DNA of 64,000 nt from an uncultured Acidobacteriota bacterium. GTDB lineage: Bacteria; Acidobacteriota; Terriglobia; UBA7540. Both the position numbers and the translations under genes were made by a program. Of the stretch, positions 19,728 through 31,025 are shown piece after piece. How positions within the stretch are numbered: the first letter of the stretch is position 1; each line of letters opens with the position of its first letter. The notes beneath the pieces are model-generated. The model did not search any database. It saw only the letters and a program-made list of their open reading frames with translations, and was not told the origin of the DNA. The stretch spans positions 480,001 through 544,000 of the forward strand of contig CAWDSK010000006.1 of assembly GCA_963804995.1 (NCBI GenBank), written 5' to 3'.

Positions 19728-20814
19728 TCACAGAATCAACATGCAATCCCCATAGCTGTAAAAGCGATAGCGGGCGTCAACCGCGTGCTGGTAAGCACGC
19801 AGCACGAAGTCTTTGCCGGCCAACGCGGAAACCAGCATGAGCAAGGTCGACTGGGGAAGATGGAAATTGGTGAGCAGTCCGCGCACCACTTGGAATTTGT
19901 ACCCCGGGGTGATGAAGAGATTCGTTTCACCGCCGCCGGCCTGGATCCGACCGCCGTGCTCGCGCGCCACGTGTTCGAGGGTACGGACGCTGGTGGTTCC
20001 AACCGCGATCACACGACGGTGTCCATCCAGGGCCTTGTTAATAGCTGCCGCAGCCGTGCCTGAAACCTCGTAGCGCTCCGCCTCCATCCGATGGTCTTCC
20101 ACGCGCTCAGTGCGCACCGGCTGGAAAGTCCCCAGTCCCACATGCAACGTAATCTCGCAGGCCTCAATTCCACACACGGCGAGGGCGCCTAGCACCTGCG
20201 GGGTGAAATGAAGGCCCGCCGTCGGCGCCGCCACCGCACCGCGTACCTTGGCGTAAATGGTCTGGTACGTGGTACGGTCGCCCGGTTCGTCGCTGCGGTG
20301 AATGTAGGGCGGTAGCGGTACATGGCCCAGACGGTCGAGGGTTTCTTCGATGGTCCCCTGCCGCGCCCGCAGCCTGACCCGGCGCACCCCATAGTCGCCG
20401 CGATCCAGGACTTCCGCTTCCAACTCGTCATCGCCAAATACCAGCACCTCTCCCGTGCGCACCTTTCGCCCGGGATGAACCAGCCCCTGCCAAATGTCCT
20501 CACTTTCCTGCCGAGTCAACATCAGCTCGGTTTCGCCGGTCAGGAACTCACGAACCGTGGGATTATTCTTTCCAACCTTCTGTGCGGTCAGCCCCCGCCG
20601 GCGCCCCAGCAGCCGGGCCGGAAACACCTTCGTGTTGTTGAACACCAGTAAATCACCAGGTGCGAGGATTTGAGAGATCTCGCGGAATGACCGGTCTTCA
20701 AAGCTTTGCGCCGTACGGTCAAGCATCAACATGCGGGAGGCGTTCGCGCCCGGCGAGCGGCCTTTGCGCGATGAGTTCGGTGGGCAATGCGTAGTCGAAT
20801 TCTTTGAGAAGCAT
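19728..20814 (-). CDS. queA: SAM:tRNA ribosyltransferase-isomerase; frameshift near 20743
   Basis: MLLKEFDYALPTELIAQ start in another frame; AAPTAGLHF, TNFHLP, YSYGD. Confidence 0.9.
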
Positions 20815-21200
20815 CCTGGAGGAATTATGGATTATGAAGGGTGAATTATGAATACGTTTCTGGGGCCCAGAAGCATTTCACCACAAAAACCACAGCACGA
20901 CCGAGCCTCAACCAAATGTCGGCTGGCAAAGTGCCCCCTCACCCGGCGGCACATGGCCGCCACCCTCTCCCCTCGGAGAGGGCGGTTCACTTTCAACCTT
21001 CTCCATGGGGAGAAGGTGCTGAGGTACGAAGCGGATGAGGGGTTTCTTGTATCGAAGTCGCAGGTAGCGCGGAGGTAGGCGCAGTTTGCCTTCCTTCCCG
21101 GCCCTTCCGAATGATGAAGAGAGACACCGAAGAACCGCGGAGGAACGCAAAAGACGCGCACCTCCACGCTACCTACCTGCTTATGTGATAGAGTGACGAA

Positions 21201-22367
21201 ATGAGTTTCCCCTCGGTGACCATCACAACGCGAGGCATCGAGCGCCTCACCTCCGGCCATCTATGGATTTATCGCACCGATGTAGACGACGCCACTGGGG
21301 CCGAGCCCGGCGCGATCGTGCGCCTGCTGGATCGCAAAAAACACTTCTGGGGGCAGGCCCTTTACAGCAGCACTTCCCAAATCGCCTTGCGACTTCTGAC
21401 CCGGGAGAAGCGGCCCTTTGACGAGGCGTTTCTCGCGGAGCGCATCCTCGCCGCCGCGTCTTTTCGCCGGCAGGTCACCGCAGGAGCGCAAGCCTATCGG
21501 TTGGTGGGCTCCGAAGGCGATCTGCTGCCCTCGCTCATCATCGACCGCTACGCCGCCTGTTATGTTATTCAGACGCTCAGCCAGGGCATGGAGCGTTTGA
21601 AACCCGCCATCGTCGAAATCCTCAAGCGGGAGCTTACCGCCCTCTCCGTCATCGAACGCAATGACGCGGCGGTGCGGGCCTTGGAGGGCCTGCCGGAACA
21701 GGTTGGCGTGCTGGCGGGCGACGAAATCCGCGAAGTGGTGGTGGAAGAAAACGGCGTGAAGTTTTGCTTTGACCTGCTGCACGGGCAGAAGACCGGCGGC
21801 TTTCTCGACCAGCGTGAGAATCGCGCCGCAGCCGCCCATTACGCGCATGGGCGAGCCCTTGATTGCTTCACGTACACGGGAGGCTTTGCCCTTACGCTGG
21901 CATCGAAATGTGGATCAGTCCTGGGGGTGGATAGTTCAGCCGAGGCGCTCGCTAGCGCCCGGCGCAACCAGGACCTGAACAGGTTCGCAAATGTGGAGTG
22001 GAAGGAAGCCAATTGTTTCGACTATCTCAAAGCCGCCGATCAGGAAAAGCAGCGCTTCGATACCGTGGTGCTCGATCCTCCCGCCTTCGCACGGCAGAAA
22101 TCCAACCTGGAATCGGCGCTGCGCGGCTACAAGGAATTGAACCTGCGCGCGCTGAAGATTTTGAACCCCGGGGGTTATCTCATCACGTGTTCGTGCTCCT
22201 ACCATGTGAGTGAGGCTGACTTGCTGGAAGTGCTCGCCAGCGCCGCGCTCGACGCCCACCGCACCCTCTCGATCGTTGAGCGTCGCACCCAGTCACGCGA
22301 CCATCCCATCCTGCTCACGGTTCCGGAGACGCATTACTTGAAGTGTGTAATCCTGAGGGTGCTGTGA
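21201..22367 (+). CDS. rlmI: RlmI-like SAM-dependent rRNA methyltransferase
   Basis: PUA-like N-terminus, GQKTGGFLDQR, LDPPAF, TCSCS. Confidence 0.85.
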   Translation: MSFPSVTITTRGIERLTSGHLWIYRTDVDDATGAEPGAIVRLLDRKKHFWGQALYSSTSQIALRLLTREKRPFDEAFLAERILAAASFRRQVTAGAQAYRLVGSEGDLLPSLIIDRYAACYVIQTLSQGMERLKPAIVEILKRELTALSVIERNDAAVRALEGLPEQVGVLAGDEIREVVVEENGVKFCFDLLHGQKTGGFLDQRENRAAAAHYAHGRALDCFTYTGGFALTLASKCGSVLGVDSSAEALASARRNQDLNRFANVEWKEANCFDYLKAADQEKQRFDTVVLDPPAFARQKSNLESALRGYKELNLRALKILNPGGYLITCSCSYHVSEADLLEVLASAALDAHRTLSIVERRTQSRDHPILLTVPETHYLKCVILRVL

Positions 22368-22422
22368 GGAGAGGGAAATGCCATACCTAATGCTGGTCTC
22401 AAGTATGGTATGATGAGACATC

Positions 22423-22626
22423 ATGGAAACCGCACGCAAGATTACCGTGGAGGTACCGGTCGAGCTTCTCGAGAAGGCGCAGCGAGCGAGTGGCGCCGGT
22501 ATCACCCAGACTGTCCGTACCGGTCTTCGCCTGCTGGCGGCGTCGCGGACCTACGATCGCCTGCGCCAACTCCGAGGCGCCGTTCGGTTCACACGCACTG
22601 TGGCGGAACTGAAGGCCGACCGATGA
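22423..22626 (+). CDS. Putative antitoxin (VapB-like)
   Basis: 67 aa, RHH-like KITVEVP..LLEKA; ATGA overlap with the PIN gene. Confidence 0.75.
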   Translation: METARKITVEVPVELLEKAQRASGAGITQTVRTGLRLLAASRTYDRLRQLRGAVRFTRTVAELKADR

Positions 22627-23016
22627 TCGCGGCAGACACGAGTACATGGGTTGCCTTTCTGGAAGGCGGCACAGGCAAAGATGTAGAACTGCTCGACAGG
22701 GCGCTGGAAGAGCGGCAGGTGCTGATGGCGCCGGTTGTGCTCACCGAGTTGTTGAGCGATCCGAAGCTTCCTTCCGACGTGGCCAAAACTCTCTCCGACG
22801 TGCCCTCGGATCGAAATCGGAGAGGGCTATTGGCAACGGGCCGGACTATTGCGCGCGAAGGTATTGGCCAAGCGCCGTAAGGCGCGCCTCGGAGACGCCC
22901 TGATTGCCCAGAGCTGTATTGATCAAGCTGTTTCCCTCCTCACGCGAGACCGGGACTTCGGGACCTTCGCCGAGGCCGCAGGCCTCGATCTTGTATTTGG
23001 CTTCGGAACTCACTGA
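22623..23016 (+). CDS. PIN-domain toxin (VapC-like); frameshift near 22808
   Basis: IAADTSTW..VLTELL, then LGDALIAQ..LLTRDRDF in the next frame. Confidence 0.8.
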
Positions 23017-23202
23017 CCCCATCAACCTCGACGGAAACCTCAACGCTATACACGTATAGCGCGTACGAGTTATGATGACCAAGTGTAGCGCGGACCTGTT
23101 GTGTAGGTCCGGGGCTTTTCGAATATGGGACAAACCGCTACCCCTGCTTTTTTCAAGGCCTTTTCAGGGTTAGACTGTTGAGGTCTGAGGAGGACTACAT
23201 TT

Positions 23203-23436
23203 GTGAAGAGCTATGTATTCAAAGTCGTTGTCGAACCGGACGATGACAAGTGGCACGCGTGTGTTCCGGAACTTGAGAGCCGCGGGGCGGCAACCTGGGG
23301 GAAAACTCGCGAAGAGGCCCTTCAAAACATCCAAGAGGTGGCCCAAATGGTTATCGAGGAAATACTGGAGGATGGCGAGCCCATCCCCGTCGGGGTGACG
23401 GTATATGAAGAGCCGCGCGTTGCCGTAACCATATGA
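23203..23436 (+). CDS. hicB: HicB-family antitoxin (short)
   Basis: HACVPEL..ATWGKTREEALQNIQE. Confidence 0.85.
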   Translation: MKSYVFKVVVEPDDDKWHACVPELESRGAATWGKTREEALQNIQEVAQMVIEEILEDGEPIPVGVTVYEEPRVAVTI

Positions 23437-23684
23437 CGGCGGTCGATTACAGCCGCCTGCGGTCGCTCACCGCTCGGCGTCTGGTTGCTGCCCTCCTGCG
23501 AGATGGGTTTGTTATGGCTCGCCAAACGGGAAGCCACCGACACTACAAACAGCCGGACGGCAGACGAGTGACAGTTAGTTTTCATCATCCCTCAGATACG
23601 TTCCCATTGAAGACACTCCGAAGCATGGTTGAGATACAGGCCCGATGGCAAACAGAGGATTTGGAACGTCTCGATTTGTTGTGA
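23433..23684 (+). CDS. hicA: HicA-family toxin
   Basis: DGF..RQTGSHRHY..GRRVTV. Confidence 0.85.
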   Translation: MTAVDYSRLRSLTARRLVAALLRDGFVMARQTGSHRHYKQPDGRRVTVSFHHPSDTFPLKTLRSMVEIQARWQTEDLERLDLL

Positions 23685-24842
23685 TGGCGGGCTTGGCGGG
23701 AGTAACGTGGCTCTTGCTGGCGGCGCCGGCTGCAAACCAGACCAACACCCCCGATCTGAAATTGCTGGTCTCCACCGACCAGCAAATGCTTGTCGAACCC
23801 TACCCGGCGCGGATCACCCTACACCTTCACAATGCTTCGTCGCGTACGCTCTGGCTCTATCGGCGGGCCAAGGGCAAGCACCCACCGGTCGAGCGGCCCT
23901 TCGAAGAGAATCGTCCGGTGGAGACTACTGGCGGTTCCACCGTAGAGGTCGCCCTGCAACCCGCGGATCCGAAGGCTGTGCAAGCTGCGGTTTCAGCGCC
24001 GGTGGTGAAGGTGCTCGAATACGTTGGGTTACCGAAGCCGAAGCTTATCAAGCTGGCAGCCGGGGAGGATTACGAAGAGCGGGCCATCGTGCACTGGGAG
24101 CCCGCGCTGGCCGAGGGCCGGCAGCCCCTCTGGGGAGCGTACCGGCTGGCTGTGACCTACGGCGCTAGCTTTTCCACGGCCAACGAATTTCAGAACAATT
24201 TGGGCGCCACTCTCTGGCAGGGTGAGGTTTCGAGCAACTCGCTCGATGTTGAGCTGCGCCCGGCTTTGCCCGATAGCGTGGGAGCAGTAGCGGGAACGGC
24301 GGTGGGGCAGGACCTGCGGCCGCGCGAGGGAATCAGGGTCTCACTCAGTAACGACAAGGAGCAGTTGATCCATCAGGAAATCACCGGGGTGGATGGGACC
24401 TATGCTTTCGATCACCTACCGCTCGGCCTCTATTGGGTCACGGGAAGGCGCGATGACTCGACAGAGGACACCGCGACTTTTCACCACGTGGAGCTGACGT
24501 CCGCATCACCCAGTGTGAGCGACCAAATTGTGCTGTACCCCCCGGAAATTTACCAAGCGGTGAAACTCCAGCACAAACCTGTACTCTTCAAGGTTGTTGA
24601 CCCGCAGGGCAAGCCGGTCGACAAGATCACACTCGATGCCACCTGGTCGAATGGGCCGGTGCTCGATGATGTCAAGGCCACGACCGACACAGAGGGCTTC
24701 GCGCTGATGGAACTGCTCCCCGCCCGCAATTTTGTGACCCTCAAGCGCCATGGCTGCGCCGATCAGCAGGAACGCGCGGAACGTCGTGCCGGGTGAAGGT
24801 GCAGACAGTTTCAAGCTACAATTTGAATGCGCGAAGAAATGA
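23645..24842 (+). CDS. Secreted protein with a carboxypeptidase-regulatory-like/Cna-B domain (ORF as given ends 24796; probable frameshift at 24780)
   Basis: Signal peptide; TGVDGTYAFDHLPLGLY motif. Confidence 0.7.
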
Positions 24843-24925
24843 AAGAGGATCGAGACGGGCAGAGTGCCGCGCAAGGCTACCTCACCGGCTGGCTTAATCC
24901 AAAATCCAAAATCTAAAATCCAAAA

Positions 24926-25975
24926 TCACATCAGCCCCTGCATTACCTGATCCAGAACTTCCTTGGGCGGGCGCACTTTCGATTCCGGCAGAGTAGCCAG
25001 CGGCTCTTCCGTCACATTCAACAAGTCGATGAAGTTCGGCCGTTGGGTGTCGACATAGAAGAGCCCCGTAACAATCTCCCCCTTGTCGTGGGAATCGGAG
25101 AGTGACCGCAGCGCCTCACCTTTGTTCGTGGGGTCGTAGTCGGTTGCGAGCTTACGCAGCAGCACGTGCGAGCCGTCGTGCAAGGTGATATCGGTGGTCG
25201 TGCCCGGGTCATACTCCACGTTTATTTCTTCGAAGAACGGAACAAAGGTCACGTCCGTGATGGGCTCGTCGTGATCCTTTACGTAGCTGTAGGATTTGGT
25301 GGACCCCTCGTGGTCGTTAAAGGTGACACAGGGCGAAATCACGTCGAGCATGGAAGTGCCGTGATGGGAGAGCGCCCCCTTGAGAAGGGCGGATAGTTGC
25401 TTCTTGTCACCTGAGAACGATCGCGCGACGTAAGTGGCGCCGAGCTCGATCGCGAGCGCGCAGGTGTCGATAGGCGGCAGGTCGTTCACAACTCCCGTCT
25501 TCAGTTTGGAGCCGAGGTCGGCAGTGGCGGAGAACTGGCCCTTGGTCAGACCGTAGCATCCGTTGTCCTCAATGATGTAAATAATCGGCAGGTTGCGCCG
25601 CATCAGGTGCACGAACTGCCCGATGCCGATGGAGGCGGTGTCGCCGTCGCCGCTCACCCCCATGGCAATCAGATTATGATTGGCGAGCAGGGCGCCGGTG
25701 GCTACAGACGGCATGCGCCCGTGGACCGCGTTCACGCCGTAAGCGGTGTTCAGGAAGTAGGCGGGGCTTTTCGACGAGCAGCCGATTCCGGAGAGCTTGG
25801 CCACGCGGTGCGGTTCGATGCCCAGATCAAAGCAGGCTTCGATGATGCGCTCCGATATGGCATTGTGCCCGCAGCCCGCGCACAAGGTGCTCTTGTTGCC
25901 TTTGTATTGGGCAACCTCCAGACCTATGCGGTTGGTTTTTGCGGACGGGGCAGATGGAACGGTGGTCGTGGCCAT
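24926..25975 (-). CDS. korB: 2-oxoacid:ferredoxin oxidoreductase beta subunit
   Basis: CAGCG, GIGCS, GDGD, YGLTKGQ. Confidence 0.92.
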   Translation of the reverse strand: MATTTVPSAPSAKTNRIGLEVAQYKGNKSTLCAGCGHNAISERIIEACFDLGIEPHRVAKLSGIGCSSKSPAYFLNTAYGVNAVHGRMPSVATGALLANHNLIAMGVSGDGDTASIGIGQFVHLMRRNLPIIYIIEDNGCYGLTKGQFSATADLGSKLKTGVVNDLPPIDTCALAIELGATYVARSFSGDKKQLSALLKGALSHHGTSMLDVISPCVTFNDHEGSTKSYSYVKDHDEPITDVTFVPFFEEINVEYDPGTTTDITLHDGSHVLLRKLATDYDPTNKGEALRSLSDSHDKGEIVTGLFYVDTQRPNFIDLLNVTEEPLATLPESKVRPPKEVLDQVMQGLM

Positions 25976-25976
25976 T

Positions 25977-27821
25977 TTAGTTTACAGCCTCCTGGGAAAC
26001 GATGTTATCGGTCAGCGAGCGCGCGTCGGGGGGTAAGCCATCGTAATGGCGGACGCTGCGGAGCTTTGCGATTTCCTCCGCGCTACATTCCAGCCGCAAC
26101 AGAGCCAGCATTTGGGCGTCGCGGTTCTGGTCGATAACGTACACGCGCTGGTGACGCTCGATGAAATCGTGGACTTCACGGTTAAAGGGATAAGCACGCA
26201 GGCGGCAATAGCTCGCGTCAATGTTATGCTCGCACCGCAACTGGTCGAGACTCTCTTCGACGGCCCAGTGACTGGTTCCGTAGGCGATAATACCAACCTC
26301 GTGCTTTTCAGATTCCGTAATGACCGGCCCGGGAACTTTCTGGCGCGCGGTATCGAACTTGCGGGCCAGCCGGTCGACGTTGTTCACGTAAACATCGGGC
26401 CGCTCGCTGTAGATGGCCTTTTCGTTGTGGCCGCTGCCGCGTGCGAACCACCCGGCCAGACGCTCCGGAGTTCCCGGCAGGGTGCGGTAACCGACGCCGT
26501 CGCCATCGACGTCTTTGTAGCGCTCGAACCCCCCCATTTGCCGCACTTGCTCGGCGCTCAGCACCTTGCCGCGGGCCATGGGTTTTTCCGGGTACGGGAA
26601 GGGGTCTGACATCCAGGTATTCATTCCCAAATCCAGGTCGCACATCACAAAGACCGGAGTCTGCAGCTCTTCCGCGATGTCAAAGGCATCGATCGCCATG
26701 GTGAAGCATTCAATCATGGAGCAAGGGAGCAGCATGGGATGCTGGGTATCGCCGTGCGAAAGGAGGGCGGTGGAGAGGATGTCGCCTTGGGCGGTGCGGG
26801 TGGGCAGACCCGTTGAGGGCCCCACGCGTTGAATATCGAAGATGACCGTCGGGATTTCCACGTAGTAGCCGAATCCCACGAACTCCGCCATCAGGGAAAC
26901 CCCGGGCCCGGAGGTCGAAGTCATGGAGCGCGCTCCGGCCCAGCCCGCGCCCAGCGCCATGCCCACGGCCGCCAGTTCATCCTCCGCCTGCACGATGGCG
27001 AACGTGGCCTTCCCCGTCTCCTTGTCGATGCGATAGCGCTTCATGTATTCGATCAGCGTTTCGCAGAGCGAGGAGGAAGGGGTGATAGGGTACCAAGTCA
27101 CCACCGTGACGCCTGCGAACATCGAACCCAGGGCCGCTGCGGCATTGCCTTCAATCAGAATCTTGCCTTCGGTGGCGTTCATGCGCTCCACGACGTAGGG
27201 ATCCAACTTTACTAGATTCTTCTCGGCAAACTCATAGCCTGCCTTTGCGGCGTTCCAGTTAAGTTCCGCCGCCTTGGCCTTTTTCTTGAACTGCTTCTGG
27301 AGGGCCCGGTGGATTTCCTCCATCTCGATTCCCAACAGCTTGGCCAGGACGCCGTCGTAAATCATATTGCGGACCAGTTTGCGCAGCCGTGCGTCCGGGC
27401 AAACCGGCTGGACGAGCTGGTCAAAGGGCACCGGATAGAAATTCACATCATTGCGCAGACGCTTGAGGTTCAGGCGCTCGTCGTAAACGCAGGAGGCTCC
27501 CGGCTTCAGGCCCAGCACATCTTCTTCAGCGGTCTCGGGATTCATCGCCACCATGTATTCGCTGTCCCGGCGGCGGGCGATGTAGCCATGCTTGGAAGCG
27601 CGGATGGTAAACCAGGTGGGAAGTCCGGCAATGTTGGAGGGGAAAAGGTTCTTCCCTGACACCGGAATTCCCATTTGAAAAAGCGCTCGCAGCAGAACCA
27701 GGTTGGCGGTTTGGCTTCCGGACCCGTTGACGGTGGCTACCTGAATACTGAGGTCGTTCACGCTGCGCGCTTGGCCCACCGGCGGCGCAGCTTCTTGCGG
27801 CTCAACGTGCGTAGTTGCCAT
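25977..27821 (-). CDS. korA: 2-oxoacid:acceptor oxidoreductase alpha subunit
   Basis: YPITPSS, QAEDELAA, TSGPG, GPSTGLPT. Confidence 0.92.
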   Translation of the reverse strand: MATTHVEPQEAAPPVGQARSVNDLSIQVATVNGSGSQTANLVLLRALFQMGIPVSGKNLFPSNIAGLPTWFTIRASKHGYIARRRDSEYMVAMNPETAEEDVLGLKPGASCVYDERLNLKRLRNDVNFYPVPFDQLVQPVCPDARLRKLVRNMIYDGVLAKLLGIEMEEIHRALQKQFKKKAKAAELNWNAAKAGYEFAEKNLVKLDPYVVERMNATEGKILIEGNAAAALGSMFAGVTVVTWYPITPSSSLCETLIEYMKRYRIDKETGKATFAIVQAEDELAAVGMALGAGWAGARSMTSTSGPGVSLMAEFVGFGYYVEIPTVIFDIQRVGPSTGLPTRTAQGDILSTALLSHGDTQHPMLLPCSMIECFTMAIDAFDIAEELQTPVFVMCDLDLGMNTWMSDPFPYPEKPMARGKVLSAEQVRQMGGFERYKDVDGDGVGYRTLPGTPERLAGWFARGSGHNEKAIYSERPDVYVNNVDRLARKFDTARQKVPGPVITESEKHEVGIIAYGTSHWAVEESLDQLRCEHNIDASYCRLRAYPFNREVHDFIERHQRVYVIDQNRDAQMLALLRLECSAEEIAKLRSVRHYDGLPPDARSLTDNIVSQEAVN

Positions 27822-28134
27822 CGGACTCCTCTTTGTTTCCCTTATGAGATTGTATCAAGTCAGAAATCGCTTCCCTTGGCACGCGCCCCAGGCATGCGCC
27901 AGAATCAGCGTGGTGCGGTACCCCCATAGCAACGCAGATGCCAAAAAGTGAAGCTGTCTGATGCGAACGCCCCCGGTCCTGAGATAGAACTACCCGAGCA
28001 TTGCAAACTGGAGCCGGGCTGCCCACGCGCTCGAACTTTTTATTATAGCAAACAAGCTGCAAGACTTGGCCCATAAGATGCAAGTTCACATGGAATGCAC
28101 GGTCCCTGAACCTGAGCCAGCGCAGACCTGTTTT

Positions 28135-28470
28135 GTAGCGCGGTCCCCCGATTTTGGGGTCCGCGGTTCTTCATTTGGCAAACCCACGAAGCTCCGACAT
28201 GGACGGTCGCGCCGCAACTATTCCTTCGCCACGATACATTTGCTCAATTGGCACAGGAAGAACCGCGGACCTCAACGGCGGAGGTCCGCGCGACAAGAGC
28301 ACTAACTCGCCCCGACGCGTCGGGGCGATTTACGTCGCGTTCACAGCCAGGAGTGGCTGTGCTACAGCTCGGGTTTGGCGGCAGGCGGGCGCGGTAGCAC
28401 AGGCACTCTTGCCTGTAATTGCGGCTTGAGGTTTGAGATGAGCGACACAGCCAGGAGTGGCTGTGCTACA
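28135..28470. repeat. Cluster of GTAG-REP hairpins of two families (GTAGCGCGG(A/T)CC.. and GTAGCACAGCCACTCCTGGCTGTG)
   Basis: Hairpins at about 28135, 28262, 28342, 28394 and 28446. Confidence 0.75.
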
Positions 28471-28507
28471 GCTTTGGCCCGCTGGGGCAGAGGGCCATGC
28501 AGACTAA

Positions 28508-29416
28508 GAGCTTATCCGTAAATAATAGTTGAAGCCTGCTACAATTTGATGCATGATTATGACCCAAGATGCCGCAGATAAAATCTTGGGAAGTATCCGA
28601 CGAGTTTTGGGTGAAAGTCGAACCGCTGATTCCCGTTCGACAGCGGTCGAAAGGTCGAAAGTATAGACGGAAGCCGGGGGGTGGGAGGAAGCCAATGCCG
28701 GCGCGCCGGATCTTCTCGGCCATTGTGTATGTGCTGCGCACGGGATGTCAGTGGAAGGCCTTGCCCAAGGAATTCGGCAGCGCGAGCGCGATCCACAAGC
28801 ATTTTCAACAGTGGCAGCGGGCGGGTTTCTTTCTGGCGCTGTGGCGGTCGGGGCTGGCTGAGTACGATGATCTGGAGGGCATTGCCTGGGACTGGCAAAG
28901 CATCGACGGGGCCTTGGTGAAAGCCCCTCTGGCCTTGGCGTGTGTGGGACCGAATCCCACGGATCGGGGAAAAAAATGGGCGCAAGCGAAGTTTGTTAGT
29001 CGACGGGCGTGGCGTCCCACTGTCGCTCGCCGTCAGCGGAGCCAACGTCCATGATGTGAAGCTGCTGGCCACCACCCTCGACCAGGTGGTGAGAGCGCGA
29101 CCGGCGCCGAGACCGAGAAAGCCCCAGCACCTCTGCGCCGATGCGGGTTACAAGGGATCCCCCGCTCGGCAAGCGGCCACGAACCGCCACTACCGGCCGC
29201 ATATCAAGCAACGGCGAGAAGAGATGAAAGCAAAGCTCCTCGTCCCCGGTTACAAGGCGCGCCGCTGGGTGGTCGAGCGGACCCATTCCTGGCTCAACCG
29301 ATACCGTAAGGTGTTGGTGAGCTTTGAAAAGACCGAGGAAAGCTATATCGCCTTACTGACCTTAGCCGCGGCCATGATCTGCTGGCGACAGACGATTATT
29401 ATTTACGGATAAGCTC
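28508..29416 (+). mobile_element. IS5-family insertion sequence
   Basis: TIR GAGCTTATCCGTAAATAAT at both ends; TAA duplicated at 28505-28507 and 29417-29419. Confidence 0.92.
28569..29412 (+). CDS. IS5-family transposase in two ORFs joined at a GGGGAAAAAAA slippery site (~28966-28976)
   Basis: LRTGCQWKALP, SIDG, ADAGY, RWVVERTHSWL. Confidence 0.88.
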
Positions 29417-29434
29417 TAAGATGCGGGGCCTCGG

Positions 29435-29941
29435 TTAGACCTGATTAAAAGGCAAGACTTTCCACCGTCCGCTGGTCTCGCAGACGAGGCAACTGCGAGG
29501 TATTCCACCTTCCTCCTCTCCCATGGCCAAAAGCTTCTCATCGATCCGCAGGGACACACGTTCGGAGCAAGTGGGGCACTCCAGCACTACTCGCACCGTG
29601 AATTGATCGCTCGGTTCGAGAGCGGGAAGTTCCACACCCCACATATTCTTCTCCGGGTCCAGGCTCGCGACCCCCCAATAGGTATACTGGGGCTTCAAGC
29701 CCTCGACTTTCCCCACCACCCGAAAAGGAGCATCCTGGCACGTGGAAAGACTGTAAAGATGAATCTCTTGATCCGGTAGAAGTTGGTGGGTCAGGCGAAT
29801 CTTGGCCCCATGCTGATTGACCACGTCAGTCACCGAATCCTCGGTGAAAAACTTTCCTTGATAGTCAGACCCGAAGATTCGTATGGGGACAGAGAGCACA
29901 ACCCGACAACTGCGCCGGAACTGATAACCTGGCATAAGCAA
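29435..29941 (-). CDS. PilZ-like domain plus CxxC zinc ribbon
   Basis: RRSCR..VNQHGA; CPTC and CLVC. Confidence 0.7.
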   Translation of the reverse strand: MLMPGYQFRRSCRVVLSVPIRIFGSDYQGKFFTEDSVTDVVNQHGAKIRLTHQLLPDQEIHLYSLSTCQDAPFRVVGKVEGLKPQYTYWGVASLDPEKNMWGVELPALEPSDQFTVRVVLECPTCSERVSLRIDEKLLAMGEEEGGIPRSCLVCETSGRWKVLPFNQV

Positions 29942-30745
29942 GCCTCCGGGTTTTATCTAGGTCCAATTGCATCGGAGTATACATGAGAGAGCTTAGGTTT
30001 TCGAGTAAGAAATTACTAACATATTATCTGCCGAGGGGATCAGTTCGCCGGCAGCCGCGGCTCTGGCTGTTGCGCCTCCAGCAGGCTCAAAGCATCCGAG
30101 ATCTCGTCCAACAAATCGCGCGCCCCCGGCTGCCCCGCACTCGCCGCCGCCACAATTCCGTATGCACAATTGAGGCAGAGGCAATAAGAGCGGCTCTCCA
30201 CAATCTCACTGGGGCGGCAAACTGCGCACGGCCAGTCGTCACACGAATGAACCAGCAACCCCCCAGGCGTCATGGCAAAATCCACGGTAAACCCCCGGCC
30301 GATTGCACTTGCTTAGAGCAAGTAGGCCACCACTGTTGATTATCGGATTTCGGGGGCTAAGCTTAAGGGCGGGAGCGCACTAGTTTGCTCAGGGGTGATT
30401 GATGGGGCCTCTTTGGGCAACAAGGGCTGACAGGGTGTCGCTGAGGCGCGGGCTGCCTGCCCCGATGCCTTGGGGTCCCGGCCGTCGGCCCGGCGTTCCT
30501 CCAACAAATCCGAACTCAACCTAAGATTTCTGGTGATGGGACGACTCTGAGGAAAAGAACTCGCTAAGCAAAAACGGTAGGACGCACGCAGATCCCGGCA
30601 GGTTTTGCCCGCCAGGCACAACCCACTTCGTTGATCGCTGAACTGCCATGTTTACCGCAGAGGCGCAGAGACGCTGGGGAAAACATTCCTTTCAAATCAC
30701 TGTGTCGCTGTGGGGGGAAAGAAAAGTCTTTGCGGACGGCGGCCA

Positions 30746-30976
30746 CTAGTGTCCTGAGTCAGAAGTTCGCTGACAAAGTCCCATTGGGTTCAAAGGCGAC
30801 CCCCTCACCCCCCGGCCCCTCTGTCGCCGCGGCGACCGAGGGGAGAGTTAATCTGAATTTGTCGCCCTCGCCCCTTTGGGGGAGAGGGTGGACCGCCACC
30901 GGCGTTTTCATCAGCCGGGGCGGGACGGGTGAGGGTGTTCTCTAATAATCAGCGAACTTCTGACTCATGACACTAG
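30746..30976. mobile_element. MITE with 28-bp TIRs (IS630-like CTAG ends) carrying a palindromic repeat
   Basis: CTAGTGTCCTGAGTCAGAAGTTCGCTGA ... TCAGCGAACTTCTGACTCATGACACTAG. Confidence 0.8.
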
Positions 30977-31025
30977 CTGGACCCGACAACATCTTCACCC
31001 CCGGAAGAGAGGGCCGGGGGCTAGA

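Noticed and set aside
28966..28976. IS5 frameshift as a sequencing error
   Set aside because: It falls at an A7 slippery run typical of programmed frameshifting in two-ORF IS5 elements.
29983..30620. Short ORFs between the PilZ gene and the MITE
   Set aside because: No recognisable motifs or RBS; they may be gene remnants but cannot be supported.
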